A DNA stretch of 64,000 nucleotides. Origin: a virus. Position numbers and translations under genes: made by a program. Position 1 is the stretch's first letter. Every line of letters begins with the position of its first letter. A model generated the notes under the pieces. It worked only from the letters and a program-made list of their open reading frames with translations. It was not told where the DNA came from and searched no databases. This document shows, one piece after another, positions 41,403 to 51,182 of the stretch. The stretch spans positions 107,835-171,834 of the IMG/VR virus record IMGVR_UViG_3300025120_000017, one strand, 5' to 3'.

Positions 41403-41629
41403 TTCTTACTCCCAAAGTTTTTAGGATATGGTCCACCGCCTTCAATGATGTCTAGCATATTAGATTCTTTATCTGAAATGTGGACCATTTTTTTATTACC
41501 TCCGCGAGCAATCCAAGTATTTACAAATTTCTTTGCGGACTTATTACTTATATTTTTAAGAAGACCTTTAAGATACTGAACAGATACATTTCTTTCTGAT
41601 TCATTTAAAAACTCTTTATAGCTTTTCAT
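41399..41629 (-). CDS. Putative small internal head protein
   Basis: MKSYKEFLNE, very close to the T4 capsid-targeting sequence MKTYQEFIAE. Confidence 0.65.
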   Translation of the reverse strand: MKSYKEFLNESERNVSVQYLKGLLKNISNKSAKKFVNTWIARGGNKKMVHISDKESNMLDIIEGGGPYPKNFGSKN

Positions 41630-41918
41630 CTTTTATTTCTTTTTTTGATTTGATTTTATTGACAACATCTATAAATTTACCGCCAAACGTATATCCACAA
41701 AATAATAGCATAGCGCTATATAAACCTTGAGATATTAATCTAAGTATCTCTACATTTACATCATATGATTTTGGGCTATATGCTTCAAGAGCCATAAGTA
41801 CGTGAACTGTAAAATAAAAAAACACAGAGCAAAATGTATATACTCTTGCTTGTGAATATTTTTTACTACCATCTTTTTTAGTTTCTTTAAGTATATCACT
41901 TAACATTGTAATTTTCAT
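41616..41918 (-). CDS. Two-TM membrane protein, holin-like
   Basis: SQARVYTFCSVFFYF TM1, second TM segment, basic C-terminus. Confidence 0.45.
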   Translation of the reverse strand: MKITMLSDILKETKKDGSKKYSQARVYTFCSVFFYFTVHVLMALEAYSPKSYDVNVEILRLISQGLYSAMLLFCGYTFGGKFIDVVNKIKSKKEIKDEKL

Positions 41919-41933
41919 CTATATTTACTTATT

Positions 41934-42266
41934 TTATTCTTCGCTATCATAATCAGAATCTTCATCTTCTTCACTATCAGTGCCTTTATCAATATCTTTA
42001 TTTATACGCTCTTTATCAGCATTTGCATCTTTTTTAATAATATCTTCAACATCACCTTCTTCTTCTGATGCTTTTGTATCTAATGCACTTCGTAAGCCAC
42101 TCTTTTCATCCCAAGAGCAATCTATAAATCTCCTACCAAATTTGGATTTAGCCATTTTATCTAATTCTGCTTTTTCTTTAGGATCCATATCACTATATAC
42201 TGATTTGCTGGTTGAAGCATTATAATACATAGAACCTGTCTTGTAATATTCTTTTAATGATTTCAT
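41934..42266 (-). CDS. Acidic putative internal head protein
   Basis: MKSLKEYYK start; acidic tail. Confidence 0.55.
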   Translation of the reverse strand: MKSLKEYYKTGSMYYNASTSKSVYSDMDPKEKAELDKMAKSKFGRRFIDCSWDEKSGLRSALDTKASEEEGDVEDIIKKDANADKERINKDIDKGTDSEEDEDSDYDSEE

Positions 42267-42273
42267 TTAAGAT

Positions 42274-42801
42274 TTAAGCTTTTTTTAATTTTTTATCCTC
42301 ACCTCTCTTAATAACTTCTCTTGCCATATCAGCATCTGCCTTACCCCATGTACCATCACCTTTAGTTAAAAATGCGTTAACTCTGGCTAATGCCCATTGT
42401 TCTTGACCTGCACCTTTTCTATGGCTTGAGTTCCATGCTGCTAATCCTCGCCTTGCAACTGCTCTTAATATACCAATATATACACCAGTTTCATCTGACT
42501 TATTTTTAAGAGCTTTTTCCATCTTTTGGCTTTTAAGAGGTCCTTCTGAAATCTGCTCTTTATTATTCTTATCAGATTCTTTTTCTGCTTCATCAACATT
42601 ATCACCATATAAATCATGGTAATTTTTTGTATGTTTACTCTTTTTTACCTTTCCTGATTTTCTAGCAGCTTCATCGCCTGGAGCATCTTTATATGCATCA
42701 GGATTACTATCTGATAATTCATCATTCTTTTTAAAAAAATCAGCTCTCTTTTTACTTACTGATTTTTTCTTTTCATTTAAAAATTCGTTAAGGCTTTTCA
42801 T
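42274..42801 (-). CDS. Putative internal head protein (DUF5824-like)
   Basis: Start re-set to MKSLNEFLNE; RRGLAAWNSSHRKGAGQEQWALARVNAFL. Confidence 0.6.
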   Translation of the reverse strand: MKSLNEFLNEKKKSVSKKRADFFKKNDELSDSNPDAYKDAPGDEAARKSGKVKKSKHTKNYHDLYGDNVDEAEKESDKNNKEQISEGPLKSQKMEKALKNKSDETGVYIGILRAVARRGLAAWNSSHRKGAGQEQWALARVNAFLTKGDGTWGKADADMAREVIKRGEDKKLKKA

Positions 42802-43441
42802 CTTCTTTATCATTTATTTCATAAAAGTATCCTTCGTCAGCAGCCCACTTATGGCCATTTTCACAAAAGAACTCGTGTGTACTAACTTTAAAGTCAGGTT
42901 TTCTTAATTTATTAGGTGTAAGAGATTGGTCATAAAATAAAACTCTGTTATTAGGCTGAGCAGCAAATTGACCATTATCCATTTTTAGTATATTAAATGA
43001 CTTATGCTCATTAGGTGTTTGTGATAAACTAACATTGAGTTCATTTGGATCTGAATGACAACTATCAATAGTAAAAAGATAATATCCTTTATGCCACTCT
43101 TTATCTTTCATATACACTTGGCAATCTATATTTTTTAATATAGTTTTTTCTATAACCGTTATGTTATAACTAAAACAATCCCAGATTTGTAGAAAATCTA
43201 AAGGTAAAAAATCATTTTGATTAACGTCTTTATCCCAAACAAATGCAGATAAAGGTAACTTATCATATAGAGCACCATACTCAGTTAAATATGCTTCTAT
43301 GTATAATGCTTTACCTAATATTGATTTGGCGCTTACCCAATAGCATGGTTCATATTCACCATGACCTTTTTCAAAATCATAAAGATATTCTTTACGTACA
43401 TAACATTGTATTTGTGGTAAATTAGTTACTAAATAGCTCAT
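42788..43441 (-). CDS. Conserved hypothetical phage protein
   Basis: YVRKEYLYD..GHGE; LQIWDCFSY; GQFAAQPNNR. Confidence 0.75.
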   Translation of the reverse strand: MSYLVTNLPQIQCYVRKEYLYDFEKGHGEYEPCYWVSAKSILGKALYIEAYLTEYGALYDKLPLSAFVWDKDVNQNDFLPLDFLQIWDCFSYNITVIEKTILKNIDCQVYMKDKEWHKGYYLFTIDSCHSDPNELNVSLSQTPNEHKSFNILKMDNGQFAAQPNNRVLFYDQSLTPNKLRKPDFKVSTHEFFCENGHKWAADEGYFYEINDKEDEKP

Positions 43442-43465
43442 ATTAATTTATTGATTAAGGTTCTT

Positions 43466-44416
43466 TTATATTTTACTACCAACATCTGCATTATCATAAT
43501 CTTTTAAAGTGATTTTCCAATTTCTAACTTGGCCTACAGGAACTCCAAGCTCTTTTGCCTTTTGTCTAACCTCCATCTTAAAGAGCTTAAATATTTTTTT
43601 AACCTGTGCTTCATATTTTCCATCAGGTCCAAATAATTCTTTTGTAGTAGCAGAGACAACTTTATTACTATTTTTCATTCTTTTAGTTTGTCTTATACGT
43701 CTTTCAAAAAGAATTCCTTCATCTAGGTCAACAAACGCATGAACTGTATTATCATCAGGATCATCAGTTACTTTAACTTTAAATCCTCCAATAATAACTT
43801 CTTCACCATTAGAAAGCTTTTCAACATCTCCTAATGTTATTAACATTAGTGGCCAAAAAGTATCACCAAGTTCTTTATGTTCATTAGTTGCCTCTTTCTT
43901 TATTAATTCTAAAAAATAATCTAATGCTCCTTTTCTTCTTTTATCTCTAATCTTTTTATATAAATCTTTAGCAAGCTTTATAGGATTTGCTGCCTTTATT
44001 AACATATCATGTAAATCTGCATGTACTGCCCAAAAGTATTGTTCATCTCTTGTAATGTTTTCAACGATAGATGAATTGCTTCCTAGTGATTTTTTTATAT
44101 TCGATAATGCTCTTTCTTTAATGTATTTTTGATTATCGTTTAATAAACTCTCAATAAGCTTTTCACATGCCTGCCTGAATTGCTCCATATGTTTCTTAGC
44201 TGCATTAATGTCATCTTCCTCAATTGCATCAATTGCCATCATAAGGTGCTCTGCTTCTTTATGATAATTAACATCTACGAAGCTATTATATAATTTCTTA
44301 AGATCTTTATCTCCCATTGATATATCAGAGTTAGTTGCAATTTTAAGCATACCATCATAATCAAAGTTGCTTTTATACTTATCTCCTAATTTGTAAAATT
44401 CATATAATGATTTCAT
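43466..44416 (-). CDS. Putative internal head protein
   Basis: Start re-set to MKSLYEFYKL at 44416, which removes the overlap with the upstream gene. Confidence 0.6.
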   Translation of the reverse strand: MKSLYEFYKLGDKYKSNFDYDGMLKIATNSDISMGDKDLKKLYNSFVDVNYHKEAEHLMMAIDAIEEDDINAAKKHMEQFRQACEKLIESLLNDNQKYIKERALSNIKKSLGSNSSIVENITRDEQYFWAVHADLHDMLIKAANPIKLAKDLYKKIRDKRRKGALDYFLELIKKEATNEHKELGDTFWPLMLITLGDVEKLSNGEEVIIGGFKVKVTDDPDDNTVHAFVDLDEGILFERRIRQTKRMKNSNKVVSATTKELFGPDGKYEAQVKKIFKLFKMEVRQKAKELGVPVGQVRNWKITLKDYDNADVGSKI

Positions 44417-44417
44417 A

Positions 44418-44789
44418 TTATGCGTCTTTATATTTGAATGTTCTAGGGTAAAAGCTTTTAGCTTGATATTCTTTAAACTCACCTTCTTTATTAAAGACAG
44501 CATAACCGTCATTTGTAGCAACTAATACAGTTGGCTCAGTATGTAAATTAGAGAAAGCAAGATATTGTTCTGCTTTGGCTGCTGGTGCAAACATTTTTCG
44601 GTTAGCATCCATATATTTCTGTATTTTTTTAACATCAATATAGTCTTTAAGAAGTTTAGCATTCTTTGCTTTCATCTTTTTAACTTTAGCAGATGTGTTT
44701 GGTATTTCGATGATTTCCCACCCTTTAATGTCAACAGCATCTGGTGTAAACTTTTCATCTAATTTATAAAATTTATATAATGATTTCAT
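44418..44789 (-). CDS. Putative internal head protein
   Basis: MKSLYKFYKLDE. Confidence 0.6.
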   Translation of the reverse strand: MKSLYKFYKLDEKFTPDAVDIKGWEIIEIPNTSAKVKKMKAKNAKLLKDYIDVKKIQKYMDANRKMFAPAAKAEQYLAFSNLHTEPTVLVATNDGYAVFNKEGEFKEYQAKSFYPRTFKYKDA

Positions 44790-45649
44790 TATCTTGATAT
44801 TTTTTTAATTTTAGAAGAAACTTGTTTAAAATGCTTATCAAATAATTTCTTATATTCTCTGATATAATTAGTTTTATCTAATTTAGCTTCAAGGGATTCG
44901 ATTGAAGTAATTATAGTTGTACCTTCTTCATCATCTTCAATCTCTTCTTCATCAGGATCAAAATCAGTTTCAGTTAAAGATTCTTCACGTCTTTTAGATT
45001 TTTCAGATTTATATTCGTTTTGCCTTTCTTTAGCAATATCTAAATCTTCTTTTATATCATCAAGAATTCTACTCTCAGCTGAAAATAATGATTCAATTGC
45101 AGTTTCAACTATAGTTCTTTTATTTTCTTTTGTATTATCTAAAACATCTCTTATTACTTCATGATTATAATTCTTATCCCAATCATCAAAAGATTCTTCA
45201 TTAATTTTAGATTTAATCGCTTCAATAATATAATCATTTATGGTAGATGTCATTACTTCATCATGGTCATCAAAATACGACTCAATCTCCAACTCCAAGT
45301 TATCAATAACATCTTCAAGCGCTTCAGGGTAATTTTCCTCTTCAACCGTTTCTTTAATCTTTGGCGGCTTTGCATACTTCTTTCCTTCATTTATAGATTC
45401 ATTTACATTCCAAGAAGCTGGTAATAAGTTAACCTTTCCCATTTCTTTAGCTCTTTTGATAACCCATGCTTTTGCACGATCTTTATCTTTAGCTCTTCCG
45501 TAAGCTCTTATTGCATTTTTAAGATCTTCCTTATTTTCAATAGGAAATGAACCATCAGGTAATGCCATTCCTTTATCAGCTAACTCTCTTCGCTGTGCTG
45601 TAGAAAACTTTCGCTCTATTATTTTATAATACTCAAAAAGAGATTTCAT
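44789..45649 (-). CDS. Putative internal head protein; N-terminal DUF6582-like module plus acidic module
   Basis: MKSLFEYYKIIE; ALPDGSFPIENKEDLKNAIRAYGRA; linker NVNESINE-GKKY. Confidence 0.6.
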   Translation of the reverse strand: MKSLFEYYKIIERKFSTAQRRELADKGMALPDGSFPIENKEDLKNAIRAYGRAKDKDRAKAWVIKRAKEMGKVNLLPASWNVNESINEGKKYAKPPKIKETVEEENYPEALEDVIDNLELEIESYFDDHDEVMTSTINDYIIEAIKSKINEESFDDWDKNYNHEVIRDVLDNTKENKRTIVETAIESLFSAESRILDDIKEDLDIAKERQNEYKSEKSKRREESLTETDFDPDEEEIEDDEEGTTIITSIESLEAKLDKTNYIREYKKLFDKHFKQVSSKIKKISR

Positions 45650-45681
45650 AATTACATATATTTTTTCATATCAGCCATCTG

Positions 45682-46884
45682 CTAATTAGATTTATTAACT
45701 GGTTTCATACCTGTTCGGCGTTTAACATATTCCATTATTTCAGTATAAGAAACAGATTCAGGATATTCAGGTTTTCCAGTAGTAGTTAAAGATTTCTTTT
45801 TGAAATCTGCAGTTATTGTAAAGCTTCCTGATGCCGGTGTAATTTTTAAAATATCACCGCTTACTGATGCAGTAAATCTTTTAGGCTTTAAAAATGAACT
45901 AAAATGTTTAGATTCTTTATTTAAGAAATCTCCAAGAGCTGATGGAGATTTATCATGTTTAGATTCATTAACCATTGATTCTTTTAATTTATCATAAAAT
46001 CCAGAATATTCATCAGCGATGTCTTCACCATAATATTTATCCCATAGTTCAGCTATTTCACTTTTAGTAATACCTGCTTTATAATTTTTGCTGATGTCAT
46101 CTATAAAAGATCCATACTCATTAGACATGTCTTCAGCATAAACTTCATCCCACACATTGAAGAGTTCTTTTATTTTATATTTCTTACCTTCATTAACCTT
46201 TGATTCATATGCACTGGTTCTTTTAAGTTTAACATTTTTAAAATATATAGGCAATAAATTATCATAGTCCCATACATCATAATCAATAATTTCACGCTTC
46301 TTTTTATTAATAACTAAGAATGCATTCTTTGTATCATCTCCGTAATCTTCATATCCTGAAACTAAAATATGTTTAGGAGTTTCAGCCATTGGATTTTCTA
46401 TTTGGCTATTATATGCATAAACAAATGTTCCTTTACGTTCATTTCCCCAGTATCTCTGTATTCCAGTGTCATATTCATCTCCGTCACCAAATTCTCTATT
46501 TAAGCCTTTTATATTATTATATCTTTTTTTGGCTTCATTAACATTTGATTCTTTGACTTTAGCATTTTTAAAATATATAGGCAATAATTTATCATAGCCC
46601 CAATGTTGATAATCAATGATATTACCTTTCTTTTTGTTAATGACTATATATACGTTCATTTCATCATCCCCGCCTTGGTCAAATCCTGAAACTAAAATAT
46701 GTTTAGGAGTTTCTGCTATAGGCTCTTCTATTGACCACTTAGACGCATAGATTCCACTATTACCTAGCCGTAATTTACCTGTGTATTCATCTTCATAGTC
46801 AACTTTTATGGTTTTGAGGCCTTCTATATCACTATATCTTTTTTTGGCTTCATTAATTAGTTTATGCTCGTCTAAACTTCTCAT
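45682..46884 (-). CDS. Modular putative internal head polyprotein with two paralogous domains
   Basis: Modules separated by INE/VNE; AETPKHILVSG...WxYDxLLPIYFKN duplicated. Confidence 0.65.
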   Translation of the reverse strand: MRSLDEHKLINEAKKRYSDIEGLKTIKVDYEDEYTGKLRLGNSGIYASKWSIEEPIAETPKHILVSGFDQGGDDEMNVYIVINKKKGNIIDYQHWGYDKLLPIYFKNAKVKESNVNEAKKRYNNIKGLNREFGDGDEYDTGIQRYWGNERKGTFVYAYNSQIENPMAETPKHILVSGYEDYGDDTKNAFLVINKKKREIIDYDVWDYDNLLPIYFKNVKLKRTSAYESKVNEGKKYKIKELFNVWDEVYAEDMSNEYGSFIDDISKNYKAGITKSEIAELWDKYYGEDIADEYSGFYDKLKESMVNESKHDKSPSALGDFLNKESKHFSSFLKPKRFTASVSGDILKITPASGSFTITADFKKKSLTTTGKPEYPESVSYTEIMEYVKRRTGMKPVNKSN

Positions 46885-46905
46885 TTTATTTGTTTTGTTT
46901 TGTTT

Positions 46906-47355
46906 TTAATATCTACCACGGTTAGGTCTAAATTTACCAACTTTTCTATCACCTTCTAAGTGTGCAATTAATTCAGCCTCAGTTTCAAAATCAGTATATC
47001 CTAAAGGACTGGAATGATGTAAGATTGTGTATTGACCATTATCATCTATTCTTGCAAACCAATGTTCGTCACCAGCATTTATTGTTAATGTATCTCCTAT
47101 TCTATCTTTATGTTTAGAGACCCGCTTACCTTTAGTTGCTTTACTATTTAAAATATTCTTCATATCCTTAGATTCTAATACCTTAATGTTTCCATTAATA
47201 TATTGTCTAATATCATCTAATTTAGCAATAATTTCAAAAGATTTTGATTTATCTAATCCTGACTTTCTTAATACTTTCTCTACATTATCTATAGATTCAT
47301 GCAAATCAAAGAATTTAGATTCATTAATTTCTTTATGTTCATTTAATGACTTCAT
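46906..47355 (-). CDS. Putative internal head protein
   Basis: MKSLNEHKEINE. Confidence 0.6.
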   Translation of the reverse strand: MKSLNEHKEINESKFFDLHESIDNVEKVLRKSGLDKSKSFEIIAKLDDIRQYINGNIKVLESKDMKNILNSKATKGKRVSKHKDRIGDTLTINAGDEHWFARIDDNGQYTILHHSSPLGYTDFETEAELIAHLEGDRKVGKFRPNRGRY

Positions 47356-47378
47356 TTTCTTTATCTATTTTTTTGTAT

Positions 47379-47966
47379 TTAATCAATTTCTTCACTATCT
47401 GTAATATCATCATCTAAATCCTTTAACATATTTTTAGCATTAAGATATGTATTAGGTTTTACTTGATTAACTTCGACATTTTGCGATTGCTGTTCAGAAA
47501 GTGGTAATTCTTGCTTAACTCTTTTAAAATCTTCTTGCATTGAAATTATATGTAGCTGAGTGTTCTTTAATAGTTCTATTATCGTGTTTTGGACACTGGT
47601 TGCAACTTCAAACATTCTTGGCTGCATATTTCCATTATCCATTTCATTAATGAGTTTGTTCATCATATGTTCACTCATTTTCAATTGCTGAAAAAGTGTC
47701 ATTATGTTACTTGTTGCTACTGCGCTCTTTGCTTGTAAGAATTCATTCTTATTAATCATCTTTTCATCAAAATATAGCTTAAGACAACTAATAACTGTTT
47801 TTTGTGCTTTCTTTCTTGCTTTATCTGTAATATCTCCAAGATTTAATGGTGCAACTGTAGTTACTTCAATATCAGGCAACTCATTATCATTACTTGCAAG
47901 ACTTTGGTTTACTAAATCGTCTAAACTATCTTTAAGTTCTTTACCTAAGTCGTTTTTATTACTCAT
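47379..47966 (-). CDS. terS: Terminase small subunit (T4 gp16-like)
   Basis: QPRMFEVATSVQNTIIELLK matches the gp16 PRxxEV motif; late promoter upstream. Confidence 0.65.
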   Translation of the reverse strand: MSNKNDLGKELKDSLDDLVNQSLASNDNELPDIEVTTVAPLNLGDITDKARKKAQKTVISCLKLYFDEKMINKNEFLQAKSAVATSNIMTLFQQLKMSEHMMNKLINEMDNGNMQPRMFEVATSVQNTIIELLKNTQLHIISMQEDFKRVKQELPLSEQQSQNVEVNQVKPNTYLNAKNMLKDLDDDITDSEEID

Positions 47967-48042
47967 AATTTAATATTTGTATATTTAATTTAATTCATAT
48001 CTAGAGATATATTAGATATGTATTAAAGTACTTTTATTCATG

Positions 48043-48594
48043 TTATAATAATTCTATCAATCCTAGCTTAAACGCCTCATTAACAAGCTTTTCTTGATTA
48101 TCTCTAATATCTTTAATATCAGCAGCTGTGATAATTCCGCCTTTCATTGCACTATCGCTTTCATTATAATTAGATTCAGCAGTTCTAAAGAAACTTCCTG
48201 TAAAACTAAGTTCTTCAATATTAGCGGTTTTAAATAATCGCCAAACTTTTTTTGTATTTTTACCTAATGACTTACTATTTCCTTTTAAATGAAATGCTCT
48301 TAGTAGGTTTTCATCATCTGCGTTTTTACCAAGAACCATAGGTTGAATAGTTCTTTTGGTTTTTACACCATCTTTTTCATAAGTCATTTCAAGAATCATT
48401 CCCCATTGTATTGCATCATATAATATCTGTTGATTATATCCAAAGTTTTTACCTACAGGCCAATCTTTAAAAACTCTATGATTAGTGTTTTTTGGTTTAA
48501 ATCTAGGTACAAGTATTTTATCACCTTCATTAGTTTCATATACCTCAAACGCTTCAAGTAATAAATACTCTTTATATTCTTTTAAGCTTTTCAT
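48043..48594 (-). CDS. WYL-like domain protein with capsid-targeting-like N-terminus
   Basis: MKSLKEYKEYLLLE; LEMTY...RTIQPMVLG...LLRAF...WRLFKTANI. Confidence 0.6.
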   Translation of the reverse strand: MKSLKEYKEYLLLEAFEVYETNEGDKILVPRFKPKNTNHRVFKDWPVGKNFGYNQQILYDAIQWGMILEMTYEKDGVKTKRTIQPMVLGKNADDENLLRAFHLKGNSKSLGKNTKKVWRLFKTANIEELSFTGSFFRTAESNYNESDSAMKGGIITAADIKDIRDNQEKLVNEAFKLGLIELL

Positions 48595-48842
48595 TTATTC
48601 TTTTTTGATTTGATAAGATAGCATATTCCATTTATAATTGCTCTTATAAACCAATACACTGCAAATAAAACTAAATATATAACTCCTATATAATAAATAA
48701 CATCCCAAAAGTTTACCATTGATTCTATTTCTAAAACTCCATCAGTTCCTAACACTGCTCCAATTATAAACATAAAGGAAAATACCTGAAGTCTAATAAA
48801 ATGATTTATCCAAAATGCTTTAAAAATGTTTTTAATTTTCAT
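48591..48842 (-). CDS. Two-TM membrane protein
   Basis: Two hydrophobic segments; start re-set to MKIKNIF to avoid overlap. Confidence 0.6.
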   Translation of the reverse strand: MKIKNIFKAFWINHFIRLQVFSFMFIIGAVLGTDGVLEIESMVNFWDVIYYIGVIYLVLFAVYWFIRAIINGICYLIKSKKNK

Positions 48843-48849
48843 AATACTC

Positions 48850-50589
48850 TTATTTATTTGATAAATATCCAAGATAGCTTAGCGGATAGCAATCATCAAT
48901 AATGTATCCTTTACTATCTTCTCTGAATATTAATTTATTAAATGATGTTGGTTGATTTTCAACTGTCATCACGTCTTTTAAAAATCTTATACTTGCAATT
49001 TCATCGTTACTTGCATATAAGCCTACATCCCATTTAGGTCCAAATGCTGTAGGCTTAATAGTTGATTCATATACTATAGACATTTTTGTGGTTTTATTTA
49101 CAAGATCTTGTCTTTTCCAAATTCTTAAAGTAAGTTCATCATATGTTACATTATTACCTATATATATGCCATACCATTCATTATTAGGTAAGTTAAATGA
49201 CCATGTGTTACTGCCAATCTCTAATCCTGTAAATGCTGTTTCTGTTCCTATTACATTAACAAGAGTTTGGCCACCAAATAACTTAACAGTAGCAGAAGGT
49301 TGATATAATGTCCCAGTAACTCTAGGTTTCATATAATACCAAAACATTAAACAAAAATTACTGCTAGTATCTATAGAATTTTGATAAGTTATTAAAGGAT
49401 CACTTACAGTAGATGCAGTTGCACCTGCCATGCCTGTTGCTCCTATTCCACTACTTTCATTAACACCTTTACTCAGTGATGATTTAGGAAATGATAAATC
49501 ATATTGAAATTTACTAAATACTGTATAATAATTATTTAGGTTTCTTTCTATAACACCTACTTTTTCCCAATCTGTGTTAATAGTTTCCCTGCAATTATCA
49601 CTATCACCAATTCTTCTAACCGTGTATTGTTGTGGCTTAACTATATCTATTTCTTCAGCTGCTTTAATTGTATCAAATCCAACATCTTCAAAGTTTAATG
49701 TAAGATCATCAATTGCTTTTTGTGTATCACTATCTTTTACTATGCTATCAGACTCAGTCCATTTTATTAAGCTTGCTTTCCACCACTGTACTTGTCTCAT
49801 AAATCCTTTGTGAGATTGTACTGAATTTAATCTATACATTCTACGCTCTAATGGAAAATACAGAAAATCTTTTTCAGCAGGCTGTTCACCTGCTCCAAAT
49901 GATGCCCAAAAACTTTCCTTATGTATTTGGATTTCTAACTCATCCGCAAAGTCTACATCAAACTCGGTAAATTGAAATTCACCAGACCCGAAATCATTAT
50001 CAGGCACAATTACTTTAATTTTTTTACAGTCTCTAACTTTTAATAGTGACCATTCTTTAAAAATAACATCTCGACTTTCTTCTATTTCATCAGCTTTAAA
50101 ATATAATACAGGCCATCCCATATTATTAAACACTGAGCATGTTAAATTTTCAAACCAAGGTAATCCACTTAATGCTGTGCTATATAGTGCAGATGTATTA
50201 CAATTAGCAAGAAATGAATTATCTCCACTATTTGTTCCACATGCAGTTATAGTACAAGCGCATGATCCATTTTCACCTAATTTACCTCCTTCCCATTCAA
50301 TTTTTAAAGAAGTTACGGTTATATCAACATCAGATTTAACCCTAAATCCAAGCCAAGTAAATTCATTAGTAAATGCAGGAGAGTTAGGTGCAGGCCATGA
50401 TTTCCATTCTGTCCATGTATCACCATCTTTACTAAACCTATATTCAGTGGTTAAAGTAGATGATGTAGGAGTAACAGCAAATCCTATATTAAAAAGCGAT
50501 GTTAAATTTTGAATTGCTTCGGTTAGTTCAATAACAAGCCATTCATTAGCTTTAATCGCTTTGCTTATATCAATTATATATGAATTCAT
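48850..50589 (-). CDS. Neck/head-closure protein (T4 gp14-like core) with extra domains
   Basis: RDVIFKE; QPAEKDFLYFPLERRMYRLNSV resembles gp14 PxEGDLIYFP. Confidence 0.7.
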   Translation of the reverse strand: MNSYIIDISKAIKANEWLVIELTEAIQNLTSLFNIGFAVTPTSSTLTTEYRFSKDGDTWTEWKSWPAPNSPAFTNEFTWLGFRVKSDVDITVTSLKIEWEGGKLGENGSCACTITACGTNSGDNSFLANCNTSALYSTALSGLPWFENLTCSVFNNMGWPVLYFKADEIEESRDVIFKEWSLLKVRDCKKIKVIVPDNDFGSGEFQFTEFDVDFADELEIQIHKESFWASFGAGEQPAEKDFLYFPLERRMYRLNSVQSHKGFMRQVQWWKASLIKWTESDSIVKDSDTQKAIDDLTLNFEDVGFDTIKAAEEIDIVKPQQYTVRRIGDSDNCRETINTDWEKVGVIERNLNNYYTVFSKFQYDLSFPKSSLSKGVNESSGIGATGMAGATASTVSDPLITYQNSIDTSSNFCLMFWYYMKPRVTGTLYQPSATVKLFGGQTLVNVIGTETAFTGLEIGSNTWSFNLPNNEWYGIYIGNNVTYDELTLRIWKRQDLVNKTTKMSIVYESTIKPTAFGPKWDVGLYASNDEIASIRFLKDVMTVENQPTSFNKLIFREDSKGYIIDDCYPLSYLGYLSNK

Positions 50590-50592
50590 TTA

Positions 50593-50625
50593 AGGGCTAT
50601 TCTTTTATTATTTAATAAGTGCCCT
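50593..50625 (-). promoter_or_regulatory. Late promoter ATTAAATA inside an AGGGC/GCCCT stem
   Basis: Motif at 50609-50616, 20 nt from the start codon. Confidence 0.55.
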
Positions 50626-50635
50626 AGAAAAAGGA

Positions 50636-51178
50636 TTATATTTTTTTTGCTCTATTAAGTTTATTCTTCTCAATAAATTGTTTAGCAATATCAGGCTCAG
50701 TATGTGGAATTTTTAAAAATTCCTTGTGTGAAGTAAATAGGCTATACATATAACATTCTTCATTGGATATTACATGATGATTAACATCTTTAGGTATTAT
50801 ATAAATATCTCCTTTATTTAAGGTAACTTTTGATATTCTATCATATGCTTGACCTTCAAGAATCTTAATTACTTCCCATTCTTTTGAATGTACGTGTGGT
50901 GCAATATATGAATTTTTTGAATAATATGTTAACACAGATCGGTATTCATCAGATAAATGTAATCCCATAGTAGATACGCCTCTTGATACATTTAACGGCA
51001 AATCTGTCCATCTATTTTTTACTATATTAAAATCTAATGAAGTTACGTCTTGAAAATTTGCATTAATATTTTGAATTGCATTTTCTATCCTAAGACATGA
51101 TGCAACTGCCTCTGCATATGTAGCATTACATTGCTTTCCTGTTAAAATATTCCAAATGTTTTTTGCAAATATTCCCAT
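50636..51178 (-). CDS. Cupin-domain protein
   Basis: PHVHSKEWE..ILEG; GDIYIIPKDVNH. Confidence 0.75.
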   Translation of the reverse strand: MGIFAKNIWNILTGKQCNATYAEAVASCLRIENAIQNINANFQDVTSLDFNIVKNRWTDLPLNVSRGVSTMGLHLSDEYRSVLTYYSKNSYIAPHVHSKEWEVIKILEGQAYDRISKVTLNKGDIYIIPKDVNHHVISNEECYMYSLFTSHKEFLKIPHTEPDIAKQFIEKNKLNRAKKI

Positions 51179-51182
51179 TTTA

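Noticed and set aside
44417-44521. 35-aa N-terminal extension of the 43466 ORF given in the track
   Set aside because: It overlaps the upstream gene; the internal MKSLYEFY start matches the family leader.
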